In this document: positions 17,647-30,488 of the stretch, one piece after another | Numbering within the stretch: position 1 is the stretch's first letter | Layout of the letters: each line of letters opens with the position of its first letter | Source of the DNA: an uncultured Anaerolineales bacterium | Lineage (GTDB): Bacteria; Chloroflexota; Anaerolineae; B4-G1 | Direction: 5' to 3' | Length of the DNA: 64,000 nucleotides | NCBI GenBank assembly: GCA_964390305.1 | Contig: CAYMHT010000003.1 | Coordinates: 10,270-74,269 of the forward strand | Translations under genes and position numbers: made by a program | The notes under the pieces: generated by a model | The model's input: the letters and a program-made list of their open reading frames with translations, nothing else | What the model was told of the DNA's origin: nothing | The model's database searches: none

Positions 17647-20244
17647 ATGAATCTAAACAGGTTCACCCAGAAGGCCCAAGAGGCCGTGATGGAAGCCCAG
17701 TCGTTGGCGGGCAAGTATGACCACGGCCAGATCGAACCGGGGCACCTGCTTCTTGCGCTGCTACGCCAGTCCGAGGGGATCGTGCCGCAGGTTGTCCAGA
17801 AGCTGGAGGCCAACCCCCGGGAGATGGCGCTGTCGCTGGAGGGCGAGCTGAAGAAGAAGCCCAAGATCCGCGGCGCGGCGGCGCAGGTTGGGATGTCGCG
17901 CCAGTTGGGTCGGGTCCTGGAAGAGGCGGAGAACGCCGCCAGGCGAATGCGCGACGAGTACGCCAGCACCGAGCATCTGTTGCTGGCGCTGACCGGTACG
18001 ACAGGCGGCGATGCGGCCCGCTTCCTCGCGGCCTACGGCGTCACGGAGGATGCCGTGCTGCGTGCACTGACCTCGATTCGAGGGAGTCAGCGCGTCACGA
18101 GTCAACATCCAGAGGCGACGTACCAGGCGTTGGAGAAGTACGGTCGCGACATGACTCAGCTGGCTCGGGAAGGGAAGCTGGACCCTGTGATTGGGCGCGA
18201 TGAGGAGATACGGCGTGTGATGCGCATCCTCAATCGTCGCACCAAGAACAACCCGGTTCTGGTTGGAGAGGCTGGCGTGGGTAAGACCGCGATTGCCGAG
18301 GGGCTGGCGCAGCGGATCGCTCGCGGTGATGTACCGGAAGGGTTGAAGAGCAAGCGCATCATTGAGCTCGATATGGGCGCTTTGGTCGCTGGCGCCAAGT
18401 ATCGTGGCGAGTTCGAGGAGCGCCTCAAGGCTGTACTCAAAGAGGTGACGGAGGCTGCGGGTCAGATCATCCTGTTTATCGACGAGTTGCACACCGTGGT
18501 CGGTGCTGGAGCAGCTGAGGGCGCCGTCGACGCGGGCAACATGTTGAAGCCGAAGCTGGCACGCGGTGAGCTTCACGCCATTGGCGCGACGACCCTTGAC
18601 GAGTACCGGAAGTACATTGAGAAGGATGCGGCCCTCGAACGCCGGTTCCAGCCAGTCTACATCGATGAACCATCGGTGGAGGATACAGTCAGCATCCTCC
18701 GCGGGCTCAAGGAGCGCTACGAGGTCCACCACGGCGTACGTATCAAGGATTCGGCCTGCATCGCGGCCGCTACGCTCGGTGATCGGTATATCGCCGATCG
18801 CCAGCTGCCCGACAAGGCAATCGACTTGATCGACGAGGCAGCCTCCCGGCTGCGCATGGAGATCGACTCCAAGCCATCCGAGCTCGATGAGGTTGATCGG
18901 CACATCATGCAGCTCGAGATTGAGCGTGAGGCGCTCAAGAAGGAGGACGAGGAGGCGAGCCGAGAGCGTCTCGAGAACCTGGAGAGGGAACTCGCCAATC
19001 TCGAGGAGAGGCGGAAGGCGCTGCGCGCCCGCTGGGAGGAGGAGAAGAGGGCGATTCAGGCGGTGCGGCAGACGAAAGAAGAGATCGATCGGGTTCGTCA
19101 CCGGATCGAGGAGGCTCAGCGTGCCCACGACTACGAGCGAGCCTCGGAGCTGCAGTACGGTCGTCTGTCTGAGCTGGAGAAGCAACTGAAGACTCACGAG
19201 CAGCGGCTGAACGACCTCCAGGAGGATGGCGCGATGCTGAAGGAGGAGGTGGGCTCGGAGGAGATCGCTGAGGTTGTCTCTGAGTGGACCGGCATCCCTG
19301 TGTCCAAGCTGCTGGAGGGCGAGCGAGAGCGGTTGCTCCGCATGGAAGAGGCGCTGCACCGGCGCGTGGTGGGCCAGGACGAGGCGGTTGAGGCGGTGTC
19401 GAACGCCGTCCGCCGTGCACGGGCTGGCTTGCAGGATCCAGACCGGCCGATTGGCACGTTCATCTTCCTGGGTCCTACCGGGGTGGGGAAGACGGAGCTG
19501 GCACGAGCGCTGGCTGAGTTTCTCTTCGATACGGAGGAGGCGTTGATCCGTATCGACATGAGCGAGTACCAGGAGCGTCACACGGTGTCCCGACTCATCG
19601 GTGCACCGCCCGGATACGTGGGATACGAGGAGGCGGGTCAGCTGACCGAAGCGGTCCGTCGCCGGCCTTACAGCGTGGTGCTGTTCGACGAGATCGAGAA
19701 AGCCCATCCGGAGGTCTTCAATACGCTCTTGCAGCTGCTCGACGAGGGCCGGCTTACGGACGGTCAGGGGCGGACGGTCGACTTCCGCAATACGATCGTC
19801 ATCATGACGAGCAACGTCGGCAGCCGCTGGATAAAGGATCTGGGCATCGAGGAGGCTCGGGATAAGGTGATGGAGGAACTGGATCGCATCTTCCGGCCGG
19901 AGTTCCTGAACCGCATCGACGAGATCATTCTCTTCCGCAGCTTGACCAAGGAGGATCTGCGCAAGATCGTTGATATTCAGATGCGCCGGCTGCGTGCTCT
20001 GCTGGAGGAGCGCAAGATGGCGCTGGAGCTGACGGACGAGGCGCGTCGGCACCTGGCCGAGGCTGGCTATGACCCGGTCTACGGCGCCCGACCGTTGAAG
20101 CGTGTCATCCAGCGTCAGGTGCAGGATCCGCTGGCGCTTTCGCTCTTGCGCGGTGAATTCGACGAGGGCGATACGGTGCGCTTGGAGGCACCCGACGGTG
20201 ACATCAGGTTCGAGAGGGCAGAGGCAGAACCAGTTCCGGCGTAG
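17647..20244 (+). CDS. clpB: ClpB disaggregase (AAA+ chaperone, long M-domain)
   Basis: Clp_N repeats, two AAA+ modules with Walker A GEAGVGKT / GPTGVGKT, and a long coiled-coil M-domain. N-terminus is [11 protein letters not shown]; the in-frame GTG at 17638 is a possible alternative start. Confidence 0.9.
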   Translation: MNLNRFTQKAQEAVMEAQSLAGKYDHGQIEPGHLLLALLRQSEGIVPQVVQKLEANPREMALSLEGELKKKPKIRGAAAQVGMSRQLGRVLEEAENAARRMRDEYASTEHLLLALTGTTGGDAARFLAAYGVTEDAVLRALTSIRGSQRVTSQHPEATYQALEKYGRDMTQLAREGKLDPVIGRDEEIRRVMRILNRRTKNNPVLVGEAGVGKTAIAEGLAQRIARGDVPEGLKSKRIIELDMGALVAGAKYRGEFEERLKAVLKEVTEAAGQIILFIDELHTVVGAGAAEGAVDAGNMLKPKLARGELHAIGATTLDEYRKYIEKDAALERRFQPVYIDEPSVEDTVSILRGLKERYEVHHGVRIKDSACIAAATLGDRYIADRQLPDKAIDLIDEAASRLRMEIDSKPSELDEVDRHIMQLEIEREALKKEDEEASRERLENLERELANLEERRKALRARWEEEKRAIQAVRQTKEEIDRVRHRIEEAQRAHDYERASELQYGRLSELEKQLKTHEQRLNDLQEDGAMLKEEVGSEEIAEVVSEWTGIPVSKLLEGERERLLRMEEALHRRVVGQDEAVEAVSNAVRRARAGLQDPDRPIGTFIFLGPTGVGKTELARALAEFLFDTEEALIRIDMSEYQERHTVSRLIGAPPGYVGYEEAGQLTEAVRRRPYSVVLFDEIEKAHPEVFNTLLQLLDEGRLTDGQGRTVDFRNTIVIMTSNVGSRWIKDLGIEEARDKVMEELDRIFRPEFLNRIDEIILFRSLTKEDLRKIVDIQMRRLRALLEERKMALELTDEARRHLAEAGYDPVYGARPLKRVIQRQVQDPLALSLLRGEFDEGDTVRLEAPDGDIRFERAEAEPVPA

Positions 20245-20258
20245 GGTTGACGTCAAAC

Positions 20259-20301
20259 GGCACCGGGGCCGCGAATGCCGCGCTCCGGTGCCTGTTTCTT
20301 T
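20259..20301 (+). terminator. Intrinsic terminator after clpB
   Basis: GGCACCGG...CCGGTGCC stem with a GC-rich inner stem, followed by TGTTTCTTT. Confidence 0.55.
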
Positions 20302-20328
20302 GTCCGATGAGGGGTTCTGGGGTATAAT
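20300..20328 (+). promoter_or_regulatory. Sigma-70-type promoter of clpC-like gene (TTGTCC-N17-TATAAT)
   Basis: -35 at 20300-20305 and perfect -10 TATAAT at 20323-20328, ~80 nt upstream of the start. Confidence 0.45.
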
Positions 20329-20407
20329 CTACACAAAGTCTTCTGGCGGATGCTCCTACCGGGTCAGAAGGCGCACCGAAAGGTAGGCTAGAGGAGAGTA
20401 TTGGCCG

Positions 20408-22909
<2,502 letters not shown>

Positions 22910-22943
22910 CCTCGCTCGCCCACGTCAGGAATCGTGGAGCGGA

Positions 22944-22972
22944 AGGGCCCGAATACTCTCGGGCCTTTTTCT
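22944..22972 (+). terminator. Intrinsic terminator after clpC-like gene
   Basis: GGGCCCGA-atactc-TCGGGCC followed by TTTTTCT. Confidence 0.65.
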
Positions 22973-23140
22973 ATGCCTGTGAAGCACCTGTAAGGGGAGC
23001 TGGGAACGAAGATGCTCGATCGCCTGGTTCGCGACACCCCAAGCGCGGGCACCTGCTGGCTCTCAGTCGCCGCCTCGGAGGGTCTGGAGCTGGACGGGAA
23101 CCCGGGATCGGTCCCGCGTCGCCGCCGAACGCCCATCTGC

Positions 23141-23995
23141 CTATGGGGTAGGGAAAAAGCTGACCCCGACTGTCCCAGGCCCGGAGTGAACAGCGAGCGC
23201 CGGAGAGAGCTCGGTGACGACTGTCTCCAGGCAGTCGAACCGCTCCGTGACCATGGTCTGTAGCTTCCCCAGCTGTTCCTGTGCCGCCACGTGGGTGAAT
23301 GCGACTTTGATGCGCGCTCCCTCTCCGACTCTGTCCTGCATCAGATCGACCATGCGGCGGTAGGCCCTGAGCCGGCTCCGTGTCGTCCCAAGAGCAACGA
23401 TTTCTCCGCCTTCCAGGCCGATGAGGGGCTTGATGTTGAGCAGCGAACCGACGAGATGTTGGGCCTTGCCAATCCGTCCCCCCATGTGGAGGTACCGCAG
23501 CGTGTCCGCTGTCTGAATCATCATTCCCTGTTGGGCGACCTCTCGTGCCCGCCGCAACACATCGTCAAAGCCGCGGCCCTCCGTGGCCGCGCGAGCAGCC
23601 TCGATTGCGGCCCAACCCTGCGACATAGCCACCTGGAGCGTGTCCACGACTTCCACTCGCAGATCGGGCGTATGTTCCCTGAACATCTCGACAGCTGCCC
23701 GGCACGATTGATAAGCCCCACTTCCTTTGGATGTCATCGTGAGGGCGATGATGCCGTGCACCCGGGCGGCCAGATTCTTCAGGCCTTTCAAGTAGTCGCC
23801 CGGGGCAGGATTAGAGGTCGTGGGCAGTCGCTTGGCCTGTGCCAGCCAATCTGCAAACTGCGTCGGCTTGACGTCAACCATGTCACGAAGGGTTATCAAG
23901 CCGCGGTGGATGTAGTAGGGCACAATCTCGATCCGCAACTTCTCCACCAGTCTATTCGGGATGCTGGCTGTTGTATCTGTCAGAATACCGATCAT
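23141..23995 (-). CDS. DegV family (EDD fold) fatty-acid-binding protein
   Basis: DegV-like N-terminus (IGILTDTTASIP...) and overall DegV architecture. The ORF could start 18 nt earlier, at 24013. Confidence 0.75.
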   Translation of the reverse strand: MIGILTDTTASIPNRLVEKLRIEIVPYYIHRGLITLRDMVDVKPTQFADWLAQAKRLPTTSNPAPGDYLKGLKNLAARVHGIIALTMTSKGSGAYQSCRAAVEMFREHTPDLRVEVVDTLQVAMSQGWAAIEAARAATEGRGFDDVLRRAREVAQQGMMIQTADTLRYLHMGGRIGKAQHLVGSLLNIKPLIGLEGGEIVALGTTRSRLRAYRRMVDLMQDRVGEGARIKVAFTHVAAQEQLGKLQTMVTERFDCLETVVTELSPALAVHSGPGTVGVSFFPTP

Positions 23996-24149
23996 GCGTA
24001 TTCTTCCTCCCATTAGTCTCAGAACAGGGGAGCGGGGGCCCTACCACCGGTGACGATCGCAGTGATGACGGCCACGGCGATGACAACGGAGACCCGGCCG
24101 ACGGCGATTCTGACCCCTGGCGCCGAATTTGTCCATCTCCCCTCCTCCT

Positions 24150-25826
24150 TCATCTGAGCGAACAAAGCTGGGGGAGCGTGGATACACGATCCGATCCGTC
24201 CTTGGGGCGCAGAACGTGGTAGTAGAACCCATTCATGCATACGTGCTCCACGGGTTCGTAGTTTTGGCCGATAGCCTCAAGGACAGGCGGCGGATAGAAC
24301 TGGGCACGGAAGATGACCAGATCAAACCTCTGCCGATTCACGTAGTCGATGATCTCAGACGTGTCAAGGAGGCCGTTATTATAGAGGTTAAGCAGCTGGG
24401 TCGGGTTAGTCACCACCGGCTTGTCGGCAAGGATACTGAACATGGCCTCCTCGCTCAGGATTGGACCGTCTGCGGCCTGGACGAGGGCCATGAGTCGGTC
24501 CCCTGCTGCGTGGTCTTCAGGTGTGAGCGGATGCCCAAGCTGCGTGTAACCCATAGCGTCGTGATATTCGACCGGAGCGCAGTGTGTTGAGGCCAGGTTG
24601 TCGCCTTTCCCATACGCGAGTTCATCGTCCACCCCGAGCGCGCGGGACACCGGTCCAAATACAGGGCCGGAGGTGGGGAGATGGAGCATACGCGGGGCCT
24701 GCAACAGGTACAGCACCGGGATCATCACCGCCAACAGCGGCCGAGCCGAAACGTCAAGTCGTCGAATGCGCAGCTCTGATCTCCGTATCGCATGGCGCAA
24801 TTTGCCCAGACAGAGGCCGGAGGTCAGACAGGCAGCGGCGACGGCCGTATTGAAGTAGCCGAACCCTGCTCCCCACTTCCCGCTGAGGGCCCCGACGCCA
24901 AGGGCGAACAAGAACCACACAGAATAGGCTGACAACCGATCCCAGAACAGCTCGTAGACCAAATAGCCGACGGCCAGGATCGCAAACAGGGTGTGCAGAC
25001 GGAACCACTGTCCGAAGAGAAACAGCGATCGTTGGTAGTCGAACGCATTGACGTTAGCCTGGATGATGTTGACCCACCATGCGCCCTCTGTGGCCACATT
25101 GATCAGCCAGAAGACAGAGCCGGCAGCAATAGCTAACCCTGCGCCGCCCACGATGGCTTTCTTGATGTCCCTCAGAAAGACGTACGACAGAGCTGCTGCC
25201 ACCGTAAACACCGCGGTCTGTTTGGTATAGCCGGCACAGAAGAGCATAACCAGGCCCAAGATCAGGTTCCGCCTGCCGTGCCTGGGGTGTTCGAACCCGG
25301 CGATGAAGGCGATAGCCAGTGTCTCGAACATCACCAGCGTCATGTGCATTCGGGACAGCGGGCCAATTTGGTGGACATAGTTGGAGGCGAGGAAGCCGAG
25401 ACCGGAGAGCGTGGGAACCAACCAGGCTGTCATCCAGTCGCGGTCAACGTCTTGGGTATTGCGTCGAACGACGACGAACAGGGTGCCCGCAGTGATAAGG
25501 GTGGCGACAAAGGACAGTAGCCTGCCGGCGATCAGGCGGGGGCCGAAGATGGGGAGTAAAGGGACGATCAACAGATGGAACATGGGCGGGTAGTTGGAGG
25601 CGTAGAAAGGGAAGGCGGCGTTGTCGCGGTAGGGCCACTCGCCCCGCCTGTACAGAATGGCGTCGTAGAGCTCGAATCCTTCCCCTTGATCGTAGTCAAA
25701 GGGCCAACGGAAGAGGTCCACTGCGTACGAGACGTAGATGGCCAGATAGCCTACGTAAGCGGCGATGGCGAGAACAGCGAGCACCGCAGTGAGACCTCTG
25801 AGGATGCGCGATAGGGCTGGGTTCAT
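24150..25826 (-). CDS. Polytopic membrane protein, GT-C-fold glycosyltransferase-like (PMT/ArnT/DUF2079-like)
   Basis: ~11 predicted TM helices followed by a soluble C-terminal domain; first extracytoplasmic loop has the acidic motif DYDQGEGFELYD. Probable start is MNPALS at 25826; the ORF extends to 26111 only through an unlikely Arg/Cys-rich leader. Confidence 0.5.
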   Translation of the reverse strand: MNPALSRILRGLTAVLAVLAIAAYVGYLAIYVSYAVDLFRWPFDYDQGEGFELYDAILYRRGEWPYRDNAAFPFYASNYPPMFHLLIVPLLPIFGPRLIAGRLLSFVATLITAGTLFVVVRRNTQDVDRDWMTAWLVPTLSGLGFLASNYVHQIGPLSRMHMTLVMFETLAIAFIAGFEHPRHGRRNLILGLVMLFCAGYTKQTAVFTVAAALSYVFLRDIKKAIVGGAGLAIAAGSVFWLINVATEGAWWVNIIQANVNAFDYQRSLFLFGQWFRLHTLFAILAVGYLVYELFWDRLSAYSVWFLFALGVGALSGKWGAGFGYFNTAVAAACLTSGLCLGKLRHAIRRSELRIRRLDVSARPLLAVMIPVLYLLQAPRMLHLPTSGPVFGPVSRALGVDDELAYGKGDNLASTHCAPVEYHDAMGYTQLGHPLTPEDHAAGDRLMALVQAADGPILSEEAMFSILADKPVVTNPTQLLNLYNNGLLDTSEIIDYVNRQRFDLVIFRAQFYPPPVLEAIGQNYEPVEHVCMNGFYYHVLRPKDGSDRVSTLPQLCSLR

Positions 25827-25837
25827 CGTGGTCTGTG

Positions 25838-26077
25838 TCAGGCCGGCCGGTCCCCCAAACACACCAAGATCACGCCCACCACAACGGCGCCCAGTCCGAG
25901 ACCGACCCCGATTCGCTGCAAAGGGCCGAATCCGCTCCATTGGCCGGCGTTGAAGGCGTCCACAGCGACAGTACCGAGGATGCTCAGGGTAGCGAGGGTG
26001 ATGACAAAGATGCCGAGCTGACGTTTGGTGACCATGCCTACAGGAGCTTCCGGTCTTCTCATTGGGGCAAACAGCAA
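25838..26077 (-). CDS. Small two-TM membrane protein (hypothetical)
   Basis: 79 aa with two hydrophobic helices; its stop abuts the start of the GT-C-like gene. Confidence 0.35.
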   Translation of the reverse strand: MLFAPMRRPEAPVGMVTKRQLGIFVITLATLSILGTVAVDAFNAGQWSGFGPLQRIGVGLGLGAVVVGVILVCLGDRPA

Positions 26078-26184
26078 TTCTGATTGCCTGGATTATAGCA
26101 TGGGGATACACAGGTGCAACTTAAGGCGTGAAGGCAGACTTGTGTCTTCTACACCGCACAACACCCCGTTGCGTGTTTCGTTAC

Positions 26185-26213
26185 TTGACTCTATAATTGC
26201 CCAGGATTATACT
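26185..26213 (+). promoter_or_regulatory. Sigma-70-type promoter of Ser/Thr kinase gene (TTGACT-N17-TATACT)
   Basis: -35 at 26185-26190 and -10 at 26208-26213; overlaps the second copy of the repeated ATTGCC..GGATTATA motif. Confidence 0.45.
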
Positions 26214-26245
26214 GCCATCGAGTGATCCCACTCCGCTAGATAATC

Positions 26246-28219
26246 ATGACACCCTCAGATTCCTTCGACACGCCCAACACTGAGGGCCTCTGGCCCGGTT
26301 CTGCTGAGCGTGCCGAAGGAACGCAGCGAGATCCCGCGGCAGAGCGCGTTGAGGGGACCAGGTCCGTTCATCAGTCGCTCGATTCGGTTGAAGGGCGCCT
26401 CCCGGAAGCCTATCTCCTCCAACACCGCTACCGCATTCTGGGCGTGTTAGCCATTGGCGGCATGAGCGTGGTCTACAAAGCACAGGACCTCCGGTTCTCT
26501 GGGGTGAAGCGCGTCTGCGCGGTAAAGGAGATGGTCAACAGCGCCAATGACCCGGAGGTGCGAGCGATCATCCTCCGCAATTTCGAGCGTGAGACGAGCA
26601 TACTCGCGGCCCTGAGCCATCCAGGCATTGTCCGAATCTACGATTGCTTCAGCGACGCGAACCGCAGTTACGTGGTGCTTGAGTTCGTGCGCGGCAAGGA
26701 TCTAGAGACGGTTCTCGCCGAGACCAAAGGCCTCCTGCCGGAGGCCAAGGTCGTCAGTTGGGCCATCCAGGTCTGTGAAGTGCTAGACTACCTCCACAGT
26801 CACGAACCTCGCCCGATCGTCTTTCGTGACATCAAGCCATCAAACCTGATGCTCGATGAATACGGGCGGATCAGACTGATCGATTTCGGAATCGCCAAGA
26901 TGTTTCAAGGCGGCAGGAAGGGCACAATGATCGGGACCGAGGGCTACTCGGCGCCGGAGCAGTATCAGGGCGTCGCTGATCCCCGAGTGGACGTCTATGC
27001 TCTGGGGGCCACGATGCACCATCTGCTGAGCAAGCGCGACCCGCGTTTGGAGCCCCCGTTCTCCTTCCAGGAGCGTCCGATCCAGGAGACGAATCCCGCT
27101 GTCTCTGAGGAGTTGGTTGAGGTCGTGAACCGTGCCTTGGAGTACGACTGCAACGACCGGTATCGTTCCGCCGAAGAGATGGAGCGCGCACTGAGGCGCC
27201 TCTGCTCCGCTGGCAGGTCGAGCCCTACGACTGCCTTTGGCACCGCTGCAACTCTGCCTGGCCCGATCTCTCCGCTGTGGCGTTTTGCTTCTGAAGACGA
27301 GATTCGATCCTCACCCGCTGTCCACAACGGGGTAGTGTACGTGGGTGGTTATGACCATAACCTGTACGCCCTTGACGCCGAGGCCGGCGAGTGCTTGTGG
27401 AAGTATCCGGCAGATGGAGGAATCGCCTCTTCGCCCTGTGTGCACGAGGACATTGTTCTCGTCGGGTCGGCAGACTGTGTCCTCTACGCTGTTGACGAGG
27501 ACAGCGGGCGCATCCGCTGGACGTGTCCCACTCAAGGCAAGGTGTGGTCGTCACCCCGGGCTGCGTTTGGTCACGTCTTTTTCGGCTCTGATGATCATCA
27601 TCTGTACGCGGTTAACGTTCAAAACGGTCGCCTTGCCTGGAGGTTCGAGACCGAGGGCAGAGTGCGCTCGTCGCCAGCGATCGGCGATGATGCCATTTAC
27701 ATCGGGTGTGAAGGGGGCACTATCTATGCCGTGAACACGGGTGGCAATGTCCGCTGGAGCTTCCGTGCGCGAAGGGGCGTGACCTCGTCTCCGGCAATTG
27801 CGGACGAGATGGTCTACGTGGGCGGTCAAGATAGGGTCGTCTACGCCCTCGACCGTCGATCGGGGTGGCTGGCGTGGCGGTACCGTACGGATGGTCCCGT
27901 CATCTCGTCGCCCACGGTGAGTGGCAATATGGTTTTTGTCGGTTCTGCCGATGGTCACTTGTACGCATTGGAAGCGGGGGGTGGACGGCTCGTCTGGCGC
28001 CACGCGACGGACGGTCAGGTGACGTCATCCCCGCTTCTGTTCAACGGAGCGGTCTACTTCGGGTCGGTGGACGGTTGTCTGTACAGTCTCGACGCCAGGA
28101 CAGGCGATCTGAGGTGGAGATTTCGGACCGATGGCCCGGTGACGTCCTCGCCCGCCGCTGCGGATGGGGTGATTTACGTCGGCTCCTGTGACTGCCATGT
28201 TTACGCCCTCCCTGCGTGA
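26246..28219 (+). CDS. Ser/Thr protein kinase with C-terminal PQQ-repeat beta-propeller
   Basis: Hanks kinase motifs (VAVK, HRDIKPSNLML, DFG, APE) and ~7 PQQ-like repeats (G.VY.GS.DG.LYAL...). Preceded by a TTGACT-N17-TATACT promoter. Confidence 0.85.
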   Translation: MTPSDSFDTPNTEGLWPGSAERAEGTQRDPAAERVEGTRSVHQSLDSVEGRLPEAYLLQHRYRILGVLAIGGMSVVYKAQDLRFSGVKRVCAVKEMVNSANDPEVRAIILRNFERETSILAALSHPGIVRIYDCFSDANRSYVVLEFVRGKDLETVLAETKGLLPEAKVVSWAIQVCEVLDYLHSHEPRPIVFRDIKPSNLMLDEYGRIRLIDFGIAKMFQGGRKGTMIGTEGYSAPEQYQGVADPRVDVYALGATMHHLLSKRDPRLEPPFSFQERPIQETNPAVSEELVEVVNRALEYDCNDRYRSAEEMERALRRLCSAGRSSPTTAFGTAATLPGPISPLWRFASEDEIRSSPAVHNGVVYVGGYDHNLYALDAEAGECLWKYPADGGIASSPCVHEDIVLVGSADCVLYAVDEDSGRIRWTCPTQGKVWSSPRAAFGHVFFGSDDHHLYAVNVQNGRLAWRFETEGRVRSSPAIGDDAIYIGCEGGTIYAVNTGGNVRWSFRARRGVTSSPAIADEMVYVGGQDRVVYALDRRSGWLAWRYRTDGPVISSPTVSGNMVFVGSADGHLYALEAGGGRLVWRHATDGQVTSSPLLFNGAVYFGSVDGCLYSLDARTGDLRWRFRTDGPVTSSPAAADGVIYVGSCDCHVYALPA

Positions 28220-28243
28220 GAGGAGGCCGGTTCAACAGCGAGT

Positions 28244-29107
28244 ATGGGTTTTCTGCGCGGATTGCTGATGGGGAAGGACGAATCACCCCCGGAGTCAGAC
28301 CCTTCGGTTGCCCGACGGCCCTCGCCTGCGCTCTCCAAGTTTGAGGTGGGATGGGCCACCGATGTGGGCAGGATGCGTGATCACAACGAGGACAGCGCTC
28401 TGCTGATCACAGCTGCGCAGGATGGCGACGACCCGCGACGCTCGTTCGGTCTGTTCGTTGTGGCCGATGGGATGGGAGGGCACCGGGCTGGCGAGGTTGC
28501 GAGCTCTCTGGCGGCCCGGGTAACGGCTCATTACGTCGCGGAACGATGCTATCTGCCCTCCCTGATCGGCACGGAGCGCGACGCTGATGAGCCAGCCCCG
28601 ACAGAGGTTCTCATTGGCGCCGTGCGTGCGGCGAACGACGCTGTGTCTCATCACGTGCCGGGAGCGGGCACGACGCTGACGTGTGCCCTGGTGGTGGGCT
28701 TGCAGGCCTACATCGCTCACGTGGGAGATAGCCGAGCCTACATGCTTAATGAGGCGGGTCTGGAGCAGATTACGAACGATCATTCGTTGGTGGATCGTCT
28801 GGTTGAGACGGGCCAACTCACGCGGGATGAGGCAGCCGTTCATCCGCAGAAGAACGTGTTGTACCGGGCCGTCGGCCAAAGCCGCGCGCTGGAAGTGGAC
28901 ACCCACGTGCGAAGTATCCCACGTGGTGAGCGCCTGTTGCTGTGTAGCGATGGCCTCTGGGGGATGGTGAGTGAGGCGGATATTGCCAATCTGATCAGAG
29001 GAGCCCCCTCTCTTCAGGAAGGGTGTCAGAATCTGGTGGCTGCCGCGAACGAGGCCGGTGGGCGAGATAACGTCACCGTGATCCTCTGGCGGTCCCCGCT
29101 GGGTTAG
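28244..29107 (+). CDS. PP2C-family Ser/Thr phosphatase
   Basis: PP2C motifs: DVGRMRDHNEDS, VADGMGGH, CSDGLWG, GGRDNVTV. Confidence 0.85.
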   Translation: MGFLRGLLMGKDESPPESDPSVARRPSPALSKFEVGWATDVGRMRDHNEDSALLITAAQDGDDPRRSFGLFVVADGMGGHRAGEVASSLAARVTAHYVAERCYLPSLIGTERDADEPAPTEVLIGAVRAANDAVSHHVPGAGTTLTCALVVGLQAYIAHVGDSRAYMLNEAGLEQITNDHSLVDRLVETGQLTRDEAAVHPQKNVLYRAVGQSRALEVDTHVRSIPRGERLLLCSDGLWGMVSEADIANLIRGAPSLQEGCQNLVAAANEAGGRDNVTVILWRSPLG

Positions 29108-29286
29108 GCCCTCGTGGATATGGAACAACCACACCTATGCTGTACCTGGTGCCTCCGCGACGCAAGAGGCGATCCAGCGCGCCCATCACGTGCAGTTCTG
29201 CGCGATGCCCAGAGCCGCCGGGCCAGTGAGCGGACGGCGGACCCGCGCTCGGGTCGAACTCAAGGTCGCGGTCGAAGAGTGAGATT

Positions 29287-29547
29287 TTGAATGGAGAGCT
29301 GGACATGCCGCACACTGTGCTGATTCACATCCTGAATGAGGAATCCGTGGTTGGCGAGATAGAGCGGCTGCCTCAACCGACGGACCAGGTGGTCGTGGTT
29401 CGTAACGTGCGGCACCGCGATGGGGGGGAGGTCCCCTACGTCTTGCCGGAGACGGATGCCGTGGTCTACCCGTGGCGGCGAATCCACTGTATGGAGATTC
29501 TGCCCAGTGAGGCTGAGGAAGAGGTCGTCACGTTTATTCGTGAGTGA
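29287..29547 (+). CDS. Hypothetical small protein (86 aa) upstream of orphan response regulator
   Basis: ORF only, no recognised domain; ends 17 nt before the response-regulator gene. Confidence 0.3.
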   Translation: MNGELDMPHTVLIHILNEESVVGEIERLPQPTDQVVVVRNVRHRDGGEVPYVLPETDAVVYPWRRIHCMEILPSEAEEEVVTFIRE

Positions 29548-29564
29548 TGGAACGGAGGTAGCGC

Positions 29565-30308
29565 GTGACGGACAATGGTAGCGGACTGATCCTGGTTGTC
29601 GATGACGAGCCCCGGATGACCAGATTCATACGTATGAATCTGGAGTTGGAGGGATACCACGTTATCGAAGCACGTGACGGCATCCAGGCGCTCGACAAGG
29701 TCCGCACGGAGCTGCCGGACTTGGTCATCCTTGATGTGATGATGCCGGAGTTGGACGGATTCGAGACGCTGCGGATGTTGAGAGAGATCTCCAATGTGCC
29801 GGTGATCATGCTCACCGTGCGGGACGAAGAGGAAGACAAGGTGCGCGGGTTGGAGCTTGGTGCGGATGATTACGTAACCAAGCCCTTCAGTGCCCGCGAA
29901 CTCGCCAGTCGCGTCAAGGCTGTGCTCCGTCGAGCCCAGCCCCCGGCCGGCCCGGAGGAGTCGATCGTGGAGATTGACGATCGCCTGAGCATCGATTTCA
30001 ACAGACGCGAGGTCATTGTTGAGGGCGAGCATATTCATCTCCGACCCACTGAGTTTCGGCTGCTGTACCACCTGGTGGAGAACGCCGGCTGGGTCGTGCC
30101 GCACGAGACGTTGTTGTCGAAGGTGTGGGGCTATGAGTACGGCGAGGACGAAATCCAGAATCTTCGGCTTTACATCAGCTACCTGCGGAAGAAGATCGAA
30201 CCTGATCCCTCCAACCCGCGTTACATCTTCACCGAAATAGGAACGGGCTATCGCTTTGTTGACTTCGAGCACGGCGAGCCGGAGCGAGAGGAGGAGGCCC
30301 CAGCGTAG
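29565..30308 (+). CDS. OmpR-family response regulator (REC + winged helix)
   Basis: REC domain (LVVDDE, phospho-accepting D in VILDVMMP) and a C-terminal wHTH ([13 protein letters not shown]). GTG start; no cognate kinase adjacent. Confidence 0.85.
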   Translation: MTDNGSGLILVVDDEPRMTRFIRMNLELEGYHVIEARDGIQALDKVRTELPDLVILDVMMPELDGFETLRMLREISNVPVIMLTVRDEEEDKVRGLELGADDYVTKPFSARELASRVKAVLRRAQPPAGPEESIVEIDDRLSIDFNRREVIVEGEHIHLRPTEFRLLYHLVENAGWVVPHETLLSKVWGYEYGEDEIQNLRLYISYLRKKIEPDPSNPRYIFTEIGTGYRFVDFEHGEPEREEEAPA

Positions 30309-30346
30309 GCTATGTGACGCCCCGAGCCAGAAGACCTCCCGGATCT

Positions 30347-30377
30347 GCCCCCCCCGTGTGTGGGGGGCTTCTTGTTC
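30347..30377 (+). terminator. Intrinsic terminator after response-regulator gene
   Basis: GCCCCCCCC-gtgtgt-GGGGGGC hairpin followed by TTCTTGTTC. Confidence 0.6.
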
Positions 30378-30488
30378 TAATGGAGCTCTAAGGGCCTTCT
30401 AACGCCAATCTAATGCGCTCATGGGATGATATCGGTGATTGGGAATTGAGGGCACCATTCAAAGTCAGGAGGACAAGGAGGTGGAGCG

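Noticed and set aside
17761-20256. 831-aa ORF antisense to the whole of clpB
   Set aside because: No motifs. It has Arg/Leu-rich low-complexity translation typical of stop-free antisense frames in high-GC genes. The sense strand encodes an unmistakable ClpB.
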